A model generated the notes under the pieces. That model was not told the origin of the DNA. It did not search any database and saw only the letters and a program-made list of their open reading frames with translations. A stretch of DNA of 60,572 nucleotides from a virus (lineage: Duplodnaviria; Caudoviricetes). A program made the translations under genes and the position numbers. This document shows positions 9,144 to 18,687 of the stretch, piece by piece. The DNA is taken from the IMG/VR virus record IMGVR_UViG_3300038312_000257, positions 1 to 60,572 of that record. One strand, written 5' to 3'. Position 1 is the first letter of the stretch; each line of letters begins with the position of its first letter.

Positions 9144-9587
9144 CTACATAATTCCCCAACGCATCGCCAGGAGGTAGATTATGCGCCGCCTGATTCGTTG
9201 CTGGGTTCTTGCACCTATGCCCCAATCGCCTTCTATGACATCCGGAGGAATCCTGAGCCAGTAATACTTCTCTAGCACCAGGCGCTCTTTGTCGTTCAGG
9301 AGCAAAATCACTCCCTCCACCCGAGCGCAACTCTTTTCCGCAACCATGGCCTCCCGGCCCCTGGTTATTCTGTCTATCTTTTCAAGCATTTTTTGTTGCT
9401 CGGGCACAGACTCCCCGCCCTGGACTACGACCTTATCGAAGCCCCGGTTCCCGCCCTCCTCCAAAACAAGCGCGACTTCTTTTTTAGATTCTTCGACCAG
9501 GGCCTTGTTCATCAGGTACTTATACAGCTCGCCCTCGCAGAAGTTCCTTACATGCTGAGGTATCTTGGGAATATCTGAGTGTCTCAT
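9144..9587 (-). CDS. RinA/ArpU-like late transcriptional activator
   Basis: Last gene of the replication operon; LNDKERLVLEKYYW...ARTQQRIRRRII sigma4-like HTH. Confidence 0.65.
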   Translation of the reverse strand: MRHSDIPKIPQHVRNFCEGELYKYLMNKALVEESKKEVALVLEEGGNRGFDKVVVQGGESVPEQQKMLEKIDRITRGREAMVAEKSCARVEGVILLLNDKERLVLEKYYWLRIPPDVIEGDWGIGARTQQRIRRRIIYLLAMRWGIM

Positions 9588-10054
9588 CAACTCACCACCA
9601 TCGCTCTTTTTATCCCTGCGCTCATTATTTGGCATAGTTTGGAGCAGTAACCCCCGATGTCATTTTTCATGGGCTCGCCGCACAGCGGGCACAATCCTTT
9701 GGTTGGTACGGGTATGGATAGTACGGGTGCGGGGGGCGGGGGCGGCTCACTCCCCTTGCCCGTTTCGCCCTCCGCCTTAATCGCCCTCTCGGACAAACAG
9801 TGGTCGGGGCACTCTAAAACCTTGTAAAAAGGGACAGGCGGGGGCAGGGAGCCATCTTTTCGGGGCGCGGCACCCTGAATAAGCCTCACCGCGACCTTGC
9901 TCGGCACGGAAAGCTTCTGCTCCCAGGTATAATCTAATGTCCGGTTAAAATACATACATTTGTTGCCGTATGCCTCTGTGCATGTCCAGCAGATACTCTC
10001 GTTTTTCCAGGTTTCTTCCCAAACGGGATTGGATTCAGTAATCAGCTCTGCCAT
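9587..10054 (-). CDS. Cys-rich hypothetical protein
   Basis: CWTC; CPLCG...YCSKLC. Confidence 0.6.
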   Translation of the reverse strand: MAELITESNPVWEETWKNESICWTCTEAYGNKCMYFNRTLDYTWEQKLSVPSKVAVRLIQGAAPRKDGSLPPPVPFYKVLECPDHCLSERAIKAEGETGKGSEPPPPPAPVLSIPVPTKGLCPLCGEPMKNDIGGYCSKLCQIMSAGIKRAMVVS

Positions 10055-10368
10055 TTTACCCCTCCTTTTGAATCTAAAAGGGCAATTATTTCCTTAACCT
10101 CTTCCACCGTTCTGATTGTATGCGTTGACGCACACGCCTTTTCCCACTCAGAGAGCACTGCTATTTGCAGCGGCGTTGGCCCCGGCCCGCCGGGGCGCTT
10201 CACTTCCAGTTTTAGAGTGCGCCCTCTGTAACAGCAGTCGATGTCGGGCTCTCCGGATTTCTGAGCGCTACCGGCGACCTTCACAGCTCGGCAACCCTCT
10301 AAAGAGTTTAGATATTTTAGAACACCCTTGACGATGCTCGATTCTAGCGGAGTCTTTTTAGAGCTGAT
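10042..10368 (-). CDS. VRR-NUC (PD-(D/E)xK) nuclease / Holliday junction resolvase
   Basis: GEPDI...LEVKRPG...PTPLQ; frame extends upstream to an ATC placed 8 nt after AAGGAGG and includes the typical LESSIVKGVLKYL helix. Confidence 0.8.
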   Translation of the reverse strand: MSSKKTPLESSIVKGVLKYLNSLEGCRAVKVAGSAQKSGEPDIDCCYRGRTLKLEVKRPGGPGPTPLQIAVLSEWEKACASTHTIRTVEEVKEIIALLDSKGGVKWQS

Positions 10369-10697
10369 GCGACATCCCTCCTTACGGGCTCCAGATACTT
10401 GGCCTTGGCCTTATCGTAGCCCTCTTGCGACTCCCAGCCGCCTTTTCCTATCACCGGGCGAAGTACATAGTTGCCTTTTTCGGTTTTTATGAGCCTCGTT
10501 CCCTGGCATCTAAAGCCATGAAGGATGCTCGCGGCTTCTTTATTGACCGAAAACAGTATCGAAAGGAAATCTGCGAAGTACAAACTCTCTAAATCACTTC
10601 CAATATCTGGGCGGGGGTCACTGAACACTTTCCTTTTTTCTCCATTTGCCTCCCTTATTTTGTAAGGTATTTCCTTTTTAATCCTTCTCCCTCCCAA
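10344..10697 (-). CDS. Hypothetical protein
   Basis: ORF in operon; best-spaced start may be ATT at 10682. Confidence 0.6.
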   Translation of the reverse strand: MGGRRIKKEIPYKIREANGEKRKVFSDPRPDIGSDLESLYFADFLSILFSVNKEAASILHGFRCQGTRLIKTEKGNYVLRPVIGKGGWESQEGYDKAKAKYLEPVRRDVASALKRLR

Positions 10698-10753
10698 TAA
10701 TTGTAATTAATTCACCTAAAATGAACCATATAATGTCATAATATAGGCGAAAA

Positions 10754-11060
10754 TTGAGCGGTTACCCCACTTTGAAAGTGGGTGGGGTAACCGCTCAAAC
10801 CCCGGATGCGACTGAATTTCTGGGTCAAATTTTGCGGTTACCCCACTTGCGTCAACACTCACACCCTATAGGAAAAAAAATATTATATATATTTAAAAAA
10901 AAGATATTGTAAAATATTTTTTCCCTATATAGGGTATATAAATATGGGGTAACTGGGGTAACCTATAAATATGGGGTATCTATAACGCCGATTTTTCGGG
11001 CGTTATAGCGGTTACCCCAGAACATTTGTTCCTGGGGTAACCTGGGGTAACTGGGGTAAC
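10754..11060. other. Putative replication origin with iterons
   Basis: Nine exact GGGGTAAC copies in both orientations, a 17-bp inverted repeat (10754-10798) and an AT-rich core (~10870-10945), directly downstream of the primase gene. Confidence 0.75.
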
Positions 11061-11064
11061 CTGC

Positions 11065-13719
11065 TTAAAATATATCTTCTTCCGCGCTCCACAAACCGGG
11101 GGCGCCTTCTGTTTTTTTATTGTCGAAGAGCATTGATTTTCTCATAAAGGTCAACCGATAAAGCTCTCCCTTTATTTTTTTGGGTTTAGAGAACCTAGCC
11201 CTATTCCTCTTGCCCTCTTCGTATGCGGCCTCTATAACCCCGCTCTTCGCCAGTTGCTCCTGCACCGCCGAGGGCGAGAAGTTATTTTTTTCCAGGAAGT
11301 CCCGCAGCGCGCTTGGAACGATGTAGTAATAGTAATCGTCCTGGTACCCTAAAACCTCGTAGGACGGGTTTTCTGCGCGCTCCCCATCCTCATCTGTTAG
11401 CTCCCTGATAAACATAATCTTGCGCTGGTTGATGGTGAGCCAGTCCCTAATCTCCGCCATGGCCCGAGGCGCCAGCCGCGTGGATTCTTTGGTCGCGAGC
11501 GGATTAGCTTCAAGCACCTTTGTTTTTAGGGCTTCCATCTCGGTTTTGGCATCCTTCTCCGAGAGCCCGAAGACCCACATGGAGGAGAGATAGTCCGCCA
11601 ATAGTAGGGCTGCGAAGGCTCCGACATGGGTGCTTACTGCTCCTTTTACCTCTTGCTCCAGGGATGTGACCAGCTCATCGTGCTTAGCCCTGAGCTCCTT
11701 CCAGTCCTCTTCAATCAGCTTACCTATGAACATTTCCCCGGCGTGCCCGTAATGCTCCTTGGTTATCTCATAAATTCCCTTGACCTCTTTAGTTTGCTCA
11801 GGTCCCTCCGAGGGACACTCCAGGTCTATCACCCTGGTAAATACCCCCTGCTTGGATTTATCGCCTGTGAGCCGCTCTTCGCCCGTGGTGAGAACCACAT
11901 TGACCCATTCTATTTCTTCCTGCATCGCCCCATCCTTGGCCCCGCGCCCCTTGCCCTTGCTTAAGACGAGCATATAGGCAATGGAGTCAGCCACCCTGGG
12001 GTCAGTCGAAGCCTGCTTCTCATCGACAAAAAGCGGCAAATCATTCGTAAAGCCTGCCACTCTCTCCATGGCTACCCTGGTGGAATTAAAGTGTCGCCGT
12101 AGTTTTTCTGGGTCGCCCCACACACTCAGGGCCGCGTACCCGACCGCTGTCTTCCCGGCCTCGGATTCACCCCAGAGATGCAGAAGGAAGGTACGTTCTC
12201 CTAACATTCTAAGTAGCGGAGCTGCGAAGGCCCCAGCGAAGTACAGCCGCATAGCAGGGCGAGCATCATCCCGGACTATCCTCGCTACTTCCGCCCAGCC
12301 CTCGAAAATTCCGGACTTCGTATATCCGGAGAGGATTCCGATAAATCCGGACAGTGGTGCTATCTCGTACTTATCCGGATGCGTGGGAAGAAACGCCTTG
12401 GTGCTCACCCAGCCTAGTTTTTCAGTGCATCGTACCGTTGGTATTAAATCCCTGTTGGTATTTTCAGCCTCATAAATGTAGTCTATAAGCATCTTGGCGT
12501 TGTTCGATGTGACAAATATTCCCCACTTGGAGAGCTGGATAATGGATTGCGAGGCAGCGAGCCACTCGCGCGGGATTATCCTAGCTTTGCTTTCCCCATC
12601 ATCCTTCCAGCCCAGCTCCAGTTTCTCGGTCCCGTCCTCCAGGCTCTTCAGTTTCCGCTCTATCCACAGGGGAGTGTAGCAGATAGAAACAGCGCCCTCT
12701 TCCTTTAGAATATAGATACCGTTATCATCACACCTATACCCATCGGGGGTGCGGCGCTCCAGTCCCTCTCTGACCTCTACCGGCTTCACTGCCGATTCGG
12801 TCAGGTCTAGCTCCTGCGCACTTTCTATCGCCTTTTCCCAGAGCTCTAAAAACTTATCTGGGTATTGGCAGTGCAGCTCACTGGGGTCTTTGTGCCCCTG
12901 GAGCCGGACCCGGAAAACCTGTCCCTGCCAGTCGGCACTGAGCAAATTGGTGCAGACTTTTTCCACGAAAACTTTCCCGGCATCATCCGGCTCCTCAAAC
13001 AGGTATAAATTAAATCCTTCGAGGTACGGCACCCATTCTTTCTTGAAAGTAGCGGCCCCAGGGATACCCAGGGAGGGTATATCGTGCTGCCATAGGGTAT
13101 GGGAATCGCTTTCGCCCTCGATTAATACAAGTCTTTTGACCTCATTCTCCCGATGTTGCGGGAGCAGCCAGAGCCCGTAGGGTATTAGTTTTGCTCCGGC
13201 AGACCAGCGGAACTTGTCCCCGGCACCCGAGCCCCCTCTGATTCTAGTGGCAGCCGTTTCACCCGTTTCCGTCATGTAGGGAATCAATACTCGCGGGACC
13301 CCGTTCCGCTTGCCACTCCTGACCCCCAGTGTCTTTAAAAACTCCACCGAGAGCTTTTTTTCAGCGGCGTAGTCCTCCAGAAGATAAGGTGAGCCATCTA
13401 CCGGTTTTTTACCGGAGCCCCTGGGAGCTTTTTTGCCGCCATCCATAACCGTTAGCCCGGCGGCCTCGCGCACTGTTCGGTAGGCATCTCTTTTACTCAT
13501 CTTTATGGAGGGGCACTCCTGCAAGAAGTCATATATATTACCCTTTGCTTTACAGGAGAAACAATTATACCTCCCGGTACTGAGGCTGACATTGAAACTG
13601 GGCTCTTTTTCGCTATGGAAGGGGCAGAGAGCCATGCCCCTGTCTCCGGCAATGTTGGCAAAGTTAATATATCGCTCGTATAAGTCCTTGTAGTTCATCC
13701 TTGAGTCTATGTCTTGCAT
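11065..13719 (-). CDS. Primase-helicase (CHC2 zinc finger + TOPRIM + DUF927-type P-loop helicase)
   Basis: CPFHSEKEPSF...CFSC; IEGESD; EPDDAG; GESEAGKT; LFVDE. Confidence 0.88.
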   Translation of the reverse strand: MQDIDSRMNYKDLYERYINFANIAGDRGMALCPFHSEKEPSFNVSLSTGRYNCFSCKAKGNIYDFLQECPSIKMSKRDAYRTVREAAGLTVMDGGKKAPRGSGKKPVDGSPYLLEDYAAEKKLSVEFLKTLGVRSGKRNGVPRVLIPYMTETGETAATRIRGGSGAGDKFRWSAGAKLIPYGLWLLPQHRENEVKRLVLIEGESDSHTLWQHDIPSLGIPGAATFKKEWVPYLEGFNLYLFEEPDDAGKVFVEKVCTNLLSADWQGQVFRVRLQGHKDPSELHCQYPDKFLELWEKAIESAQELDLTESAVKPVEVREGLERRTPDGYRCDDNGIYILKEEGAVSICYTPLWIERKLKSLEDGTEKLELGWKDDGESKARIIPREWLAASQSIIQLSKWGIFVTSNNAKMLIDYIYEAENTNRDLIPTVRCTEKLGWVSTKAFLPTHPDKYEIAPLSGFIGILSGYTKSGIFEGWAEVARIVRDDARPAMRLYFAGAFAAPLLRMLGERTFLLHLWGESEAGKTAVGYAALSVWGDPEKLRRHFNSTRVAMERVAGFTNDLPLFVDEKQASTDPRVADSIAYMLVLSKGKGRGAKDGAMQEEIEWVNVVLTTGEERLTGDKSKQGVFTRVIDLECPSEGPEQTKEVKGIYEITKEHYGHAGEMFIGKLIEEDWKELRAKHDELVTSLEQEVKGAVSTHVGAFAALLLADYLSSMWVFGLSEKDAKTEMEALKTKVLEANPLATKESTRLAPRAMAEIRDWLTINQRKIMFIRELTDEDGERAENPSYEVLGYQDDYYYYIVPSALRDFLEKNNFSPSAVQEQLAKSGVIEAAYEEGKRNRARFSKPKKIKGELYRLTFMRKSMLFDNKKTEGAPGLWSAEEDIF

Positions 13720-13725
13720 TTATCA

Positions 13726-14205
13726 TCACCTTTCCCTCAACATTTCCACTAGAACCTGGCGCCGACCGAACTGGATGGCCTCCTCGTAGCTCTCCATATA
13801 CAGGTCTATCCTTTGCCCCTTTATGTCCCCGCCGGTGTCGGCGGCCACTGCTGGCCCGTAGCCCTCTACATGCAATTCAGAACCCAGGGGAATCACTGCA
13901 GGGTCTACTGCTACTGTCCCTTTGCTTGGCCAGGTTCCGGTAGCTGTCCGGCTTCCGGTCCAGGTGTAGGCGGTGGCTTCCATGGTGTAGGTGCGAACAA
14001 CCCTCCCCCGGGAAGGCTGTTCGCAATTCTCGCGCTCGTTTAACTGCGCGCTTCGCGCTTCTGTGGGCAAAAAAATATCGTCAGAGGCTCTCTGTCGCTC
14101 CAGGAGGGTTGTTTCGTCATCGTTTAATGGGGGACATAGGGTAAAACATAAACACGCTGATATGAACAAAATAGAAGCCTTTGCGGCGAAGTTGGTTGTT
14201 TGCAT
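13726..14205 (-). CDS. 3D-domain (MltA-B-like) peptidoglycan-active protein with N-terminal signal/anchor
   Basis: MEATAYT...TATG...VAVDPAVIPLGS...AADTGG.IKGQRIDLY. Confidence 0.85.
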   Translation of the reverse strand: MQTTNFAAKASILFISACLCFTLCPPLNDDETTLLERQRASDDIFLPTEARSAQLNERENCEQPSRGRVVRTYTMEATAYTWTGSRTATGTWPSKGTVAVDPAVIPLGSELHVEGYGPAVAADTGGDIKGQRIDLYMESYEEAIQFGRRQVLVEMLRER

Positions 14206-14216
14206 ATTAAGGCTCC

Positions 14217-14507
14217 TTACTTCGACACCGTTATAACGTGTACCTCGACTTCTAAGTAGCGTTGTAGTATTACATCGGCGTTATCTACGACAATCCCTGT
14301 GTCTTTTTTCCCGTACAAAATTTTTTGTTGCTTTATTTCCTCTACTGTTACGGGCTCAGGTATTTCGAGCCCCAGCTTCTTCGCCAAGTATTTTGTATGC
14401 CGCTTCATGTTTTGGTTTAAACATACAATGGTGTATCCGTTTTTATGCGCTAGTTCTATTAACTCGCGGGTTTTCCCGCCGCCCCTTGGTTTATGGATTA
14501 CCTGCAT
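14217..14507 (-). CDS. Small P-loop-containing protein
   Basis: PRGGGKT and IVVDN. Confidence 0.6.
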   Translation of the reverse strand: MQVIHKPRGGGKTRELIELAHKNGYTIVCLNQNMKRHTKYLAKKLGLEIPEPVTVEEIKQQKILYGKKDTGIVVDNADVILQRYLEVEVHVITVSK

Positions 14508-14549
14508 GACCTAAACCTCCCTTGCTTCGCCTAGTATTTGTGATGTGCA

Positions 14550-14828
14550 TTAGCCCCAATGTCCATTACGTTTCATGATATTGATAATTTCATCAATATA
14601 AGGTTCGTCAAGATTTATGACTACATAATTGTTGTAGGGTTTTTTCCCGTCTTTATATCTGCCATCTTCAATTTGTTCAAGCACTTTTCCAAATACATCT
14701 TCAAATCTCGATTGCAATTCAGTATTGACATACTTTTCATAGTCCCTTTCATTTAAAATTGTATATCGTCTTTTAAAACCTTCCTTAACAGTTCCCTTGA
14801 ATGCTGGTTCACCTTTACTCATTTCCAT
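14550..14828 (-). CDS. Hypothetical protein (AT-rich accessory gene)
   Basis: ORF with AAAGGAG RBS. Confidence 0.65.
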   Translation of the reverse strand: MEMSKGEPAFKGTVKEGFKRRYTILNERDYEKYVNTELQSRFEDVFGKVLEQIEDGRYKDGKKPYNNYVVINLDEPYIDEIINIMKRNGHWG

Positions 14829-14943
14829 TCTCCTTTCTATTACGCATCATTAACATGGAGTGCAGCACAGGTTAAATGCCTATACTGCACTATTTGTTTG
14901 TCATGCGCACTAAGAACAATCAAATACGAATCCAAACCTTCTT

Positions 14944-15300
14944 CTACAAGCCTAACCTCCCAGTATACTGGCCCCTCAACGACTTGCCGCACCAGGGGCA
15001 CTCAGGAAAAGTAGCCCGTCTTACCTCCGCCATCTCAACATCAATTGTTTTACCACATTCGCACTGAATCGGGCCTATTTTGCCGAGTCCTCGGCAAGTC
15101 CGGCAATCTCGCCAATCGCCGGAGCCCGCTGCATCCGTGTACCGTTCTTGACCACCGCCGCCACACGAAGGGCATATGTCCGGTAAAGACAGCAACAATT
15201 CCTTCTTTTGTTTTAACCGCTCGATACGTCCTTTAATGCCGGTTATTTCTTCAAAGGCTTCAGCTATCGCCGCATCAATATCGACAAGAACGTTCATCAC
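14944..15300 (-). CDS. DnaJ-type zinc-finger protein
   Basis: CPSCGGGG...CRTCRGLG plus further CxC/CxxC. Confidence 0.6.
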   Translation of the reverse strand: MMNVLVDIDAAIAEAFEEITGIKGRIERLKQKKELLLSLPDICPSCGGGGQERYTDAAGSGDWRDCRTCRGLGKIGPIQCECGKTIDVEMAEVRRATFPECPWCGKSLRGQYTGRLGL

Positions 15301-15677
15301 AAATATCCCTTCCTCTCCAACTTCTCAATGTGCTCCCGCTCAAATCTTTTCAGGGGATAAGGTTCTCCACGCTCGCTCTCCCAGTCGTAGGCCAAAATGG
15401 CCAGCATGGTGTCGCAGGTCTGTCGAACATCGAGAGTCTCCTTGGAGGCTTCTTCTAGGTCCCCCCTGATGAGGGCCGCAGCTACCTCTCCAACTTCTTC
15501 CAGGATTTTTTCCACCTGCCCAGCGGCAGTCATACCGAATTTCTTCCAATCTACCTGTGCTCTTTCTGATTGAAAAGATTTAAAGCCGCAGGCTATGCAG
15601 GAAACAAAGTCATACATATTTGAACTGATTACTCCGCACCTAGGGCAAGCGTAATCTTTTGTTTCGGGAATACCCAC
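15297..15677 (-). CDS. Zinc ribbon + MazG-like NTP pyrophosphohydrolase
   Basis: CPRC..CIAC; KILEEVGEV...ETLDV (EExxE...ExxD). Confidence 0.65.
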   Translation of the reverse strand: MGIPETKDYACPRCGVISSNMYDFVSCIACGFKSFQSERAQVDWKKFGMTAAGQVEKILEEVGEVAAALIRGDLEEASKETLDVRQTCDTMLAILAYDWESERGEPYPLKRFEREHIEKLERKGYL

Positions 15678-15678
15678 A

Positions 15679-15969
15679 CTACCCCTCCTCTTCGCCTTCA
15701 AGTTCGATGGTGCTGAGTCGGATATGCATAGTGTTATTTAATATATATCCGTTCCGTGCCACTAACCTTGTGGTGATGACGTAATTTCTGTGCCCGGCAT
15801 TAAGTAATACTTCGCAGGTGTCGCCCACTGACCCGTCTACGGGCAGTATATTGGCATCTATTGTGAGTATATCACTTCCGTGAGAGCGGATAGTGTTAAT
15901 GCCGGCATTGCGCAACAACTTTACCTCTGTCCTAATCTGGGGGTCTATTTTATCATACCAGTCTCTCAT
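15679..15969 (-). CDS. Hypothetical protein
   Basis: ORF with GGAGG RBS. Confidence 0.6.
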   Translation of the reverse strand: MRDWYDKIDPQIRTEVKLLRNAGINTIRSHGSDILTIDANILPVDGSVGDTCEVLLNAGHRNYVITTRLVARNGYILNNTMHIRLSTIELEGEEEG

Positions 15970-15972
15970 AAC

Positions 15973-16377
15973 CTAAACCTCCTCTTCGTATTCAACCCAT
16001 ATAGTTTCCACGTTACCAATTTTGTAGAATACTGGAAAGTAGCCGTACAGGTCGAACCAGGACCGTAAAAGCGTGTTCAGCGATTCCTGTAGTTCGGTCA
16101 AGTGTTCTGGCTTAACATCCTCCAGATAGCATTCGGCTACCTCCCCGGCTTCATAATAAGCATTTTGCGCTATTTGCTCTAATATTCCCTCGGCGTCAAG
16201 CCAAACAACGCCGTCCAAGTCTTCCTTGGTACCAATACGGAACTGTTCTTCTTTCCATGCTTCGGCTTCTCTCATTCCAAACTGGATGGCTTCCTCTCTG
16301 GAGTTGAACTCCTCAGAGCAAGTATCCCAGACATCGGAACTGGAGAAGTGGCACAACCATATTCTTTTGTCGCCCAC
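15973..16377 (-). CDS. Acidic hypothetical phage protein
   Basis: EEFNSREEAI motif; RBS present. Confidence 0.65.
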   Translation of the reverse strand: MGDKRIWLCHFSSSDVWDTCSEEFNSREEAIQFGMREAEAWKEEQFRIGTKEDLDGVVWLDAEGILEQIAQNAYYEAGEVAECYLEDVKPEHLTELQESLNTLLRSWFDLYGYFPVFYKIGNVETIWVEYEEEV

Positions 16378-16391
16378 AGTAAACCCTCCCT

Positions 16392-16550
16392 CTACTTGTA
16401 TCTCAGTCTATCCTTCAGCTCGTCTATCAAATTTGATACTTCCTCACGCGTCATTTCTTGCCAGTTATAATTATCTTCTATGTTCAGTTCTTCTGCTAAG
16501 CTATGAGCATAATTTAGTTGGTTAACGGTTGGCTTTTCCCAGTCCCGCAT
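16392..16550 (-). CDS. Small hypothetical protein (52 aa, not in ORF track)
   Basis: AAAGGAGG RBS; MRDWEKPTVNQLNYA...MTREEVSNLIDELK. Confidence 0.55.
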   Translation of the reverse strand: MRDWEKPTVNQLNYAHSLAEELNIEDNYNWQEMTREEVSNLIDELKDRLRYK

Positions 16551-16565
16551 AACGTTACCTCCTTT

Positions 16566-16874
16566 CTAAAGCTGGGCCACCAAGTCGTGCAAGCGAGTGT
16601 ATATTGATACGATTGTCCGATAGTTTTTGTCAGCGATTTCGAGGATTCCAGGAGCACTGGTAGGTAAAAGGTTTTGCGGTTCCGCGTTCGTTCCATGCAA
16701 CTTGTCGCTCAGTACCTCAACCAGGTTTTCTAAGTCAATAAGTATTTGCCCTGCATCGACCAGGGTATCGGTTAACCTTTGTCTCGCTTCCACTGCCGTT
16801 TCTTTTTCCGACAAATAATTATTTGGGTTCATAAATTCCTCTCTCCTTTCTTTTTTGTTACGCCCTGAGGGCAT
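16566..16874 (-). CDS. Hypothetical protein
   Basis: ORF in operon; start probably the internal MNPNN. Confidence 0.55.
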   Translation of the reverse strand: MPSGRNKKERREEFMNPNNYLSEKETAVEARQRLTDTLVDAGQILIDLENLVEVLSDKLHGTNAEPQNLLPTSAPGILEIADKNYRTIVSIYTRLHDLVAQL

Positions 16875-17247
16875 ATTTTTTTACGGTTTCCCAGAGCACA
16901 TCTACCAACTCATTGTCGTCCTCTCTGTAGCTTATGTCCTCCAGCACTTCGCCCCAACTAGCCTGGTACTCCTTGTCAAGCAACAGCTCAATACACTGGC
17001 CTATGGAAAGTAGGGGCAAGACCTCGCTTTTCAGGCACCAGCCGCCAACATCAACACATAGCCTCATCGGAAATGAACCACAAGCAGGATTAATTCCGCT
17101 GATTCTTACTACTTGCCCGAAGGTGTTTAGTTCTTCGTTTGTAACATAAACCAGCTCCCATTCCTCCGGCCTCCACCACCGCCTCAGCCATTCTTGTTGC
17201 TCAGGAGACAGCTCTTGTAGTTGCTCCAGGGCAATATGTTGTTTCAT
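16858..17247 (-). CDS. Hypothetical phage protein
   Basis: LPLLSIGQCIELL...ELVDVLWETVK. Confidence 0.65.
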   Translation of the reverse strand: MKQHIALEQLQELSPEQQEWLRRWWRPEEWELVYVTNEELNTFGQVVRISGINPACGSFPMRLCVDVGGWCLKSEVLPLLSIGQCIELLLDKEYQASWGEVLEDISYREDDNELVDVLWETVKKYALRA

Positions 17248-17642
17248 TCCTCAGCCTCCCTATGACTTCGCTCCCTGACCGGCAGGTCGCGTATCTGGAT
17301 GGCCAACTTCCTGCGGGTTTTCAGTCTTTCGGCATAGTCCCATTCCATAAATAGCCCTTTCCCGTCGTCTGGATTGTCGTTGCAACAATTCTCACCCGGC
17401 CAGTCAAGAACACAATCGGAGCAAGCTTCATATAAGCAATTACCCGGCGTAAACTGATTGGTTGCGTAACAAGCAAAACAATGAGAATCGATAACTTCTT
17501 CTCTTGTTGCCAGTTCGGGGTACTCCTTAGCAATCTGCTCCCACCCTGGCCAATCTTCTTTATTTTTCTTTGGGTTCTTAGCTAGCCAACCCCAAAGTTC
17601 TCGGTGGAGCTTAATTGACTCCTCAATCGTTAATTTCTTCAC
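17244..17642 (-). CDS. Cys-rich hypothetical phage protein
   Basis: LHRELWGWLA; CFAC; CSDC. Confidence 0.65.
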   Translation of the reverse strand: MKKLTIEESIKLHRELWGWLAKNPKKNKEDWPGWEQIAKEYPELATREEVIDSHCFACYATNQFTPGNCLYEACSDCVLDWPGENCCNDNPDDGKGLFMEWDYAERLKTRRKLAIQIRDLPVRERSHREAEE

Positions 17643-17773
17643 GCTTCCTCTTCCTCTCCATCTTTGTCTCCAACTAATACCTCCACTTGTTCTTCGCAGC
17701 CCTCAAACAAGGCCAGCTGCGTCCAGATGCAGCTGGTGGTCGGGCTAGGGTAAGGTTGCAGCTTCATTTCTTC

Positions 17774-18301
17774 TTATTCGCCTCCTGCTCCTCCACCCCT
17801 ATGCCCAGCCACGGCAAGGGCGCCATGTAGCAAATCCCATGGCTCACAAATACATTCTTTCGGGGGCGCAAATCCGTCGCAATGTGGGCAGGGCGGCCTT
17901 CCCTGTAGTAATTTTTCAGCCGCCTCCGCAACCGCTCGGAGCTTGGCGTTTTCCTCCCGCAATTTATACTTTTCGGTATTGGCGGCGATTGTCTCCTTGC
18001 GACATTTAACAGCCTCGTATGCCCAATCAGCAACCTTTTCCCCTCCTAACGCCTCTCTGAGCGCAGAAACTTCTGTCTCCAACTCAATCACCCTCTGGGC
18101 AAGCTGGGGGAGTGCGGTACGGGCAAGGGTGATAAAATCGGCGTTTCCCCCTCTTTTTTCATAGTCGTAGCAACCATTGCCTGGTATCATGCATATACGG
18201 GGCTCAATAAAGCAATCATCCATATCTTTTACTTCCCACGGCCCCGGTGTAGCCTTCTCGCATACCGCCAATATCTCGTTAATCTGTTTCTCTATGTTCA
18301 T
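17774..18301 (-). CDS. Ead/Ea22-like protein
   Basis: EKATPGPW...NADFITLAR; start at MNIEK (18301). Confidence 0.65.
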   Translation of the reverse strand: MNIEKQINEILAVCEKATPGPWEVKDMDDCFIEPRICMIPGNGCYDYEKRGGNADFITLARTALPQLAQRVIELETEVSALREALGGEKVADWAYEAVKCRKETIAANTEKYKLREENAKLRAVAEAAEKLLQGRPPCPHCDGFAPPKECICEPWDLLHGALAVAGHRGGGAGGE

Positions 18302-18675
18302 ACTCCTTCCTCCATCCCCAGGCTTACTTTTGTGCCAGTTTGCTCCTCCATGCAGCACAGCAACAGAAATAGATAATTCCTTGCGTCCACTATCTTCTGA
18401 ATTATCCCCTCGGTGTAGGTCCCGTCCTCCTGCAGCACCGCCCAAGAGAAGTTATATCTGCCGCCCTCTTGTATTGCCTTTTGGACAGATATTAAGTGCT
18501 TCGTTAGGTATGCCCAGGCCACTTCTGAGGAAGTGCATCCCATCATTCTCGCACCCTCTTTAAAATTGTAAAGTCTATCGTCCCCGCTTGCGTATTCTCC
18601 GGCCTTGATGCCCATTAACTTACTTTCCTTGCTATGCACTTGCTCCCAGAGTTCATAAAATCGTTCACTTTTCAT
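18298..18675 (-). CDS. Nucleotide-modification-associated / dNTP diphosphohydrolase-like helical protein
   Basis: KAGEYA..DDRLYNFK...KH...IVDARNYLFLL pattern. Confidence 0.5.
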   Translation of the reverse strand: MKSERFYELWEQVHSKESKLMGIKAGEYASGDDRLYNFKEGARMMGCTSSEVAWAYLTKHLISVQKAIQEGGRYNFSWAVLQEDGTYTEGIIQKIVDARNYLFLLLCCMEEQTGTKVSLGMEEGV

Positions 18676-18687
18676 GCTGCTCCCCCT

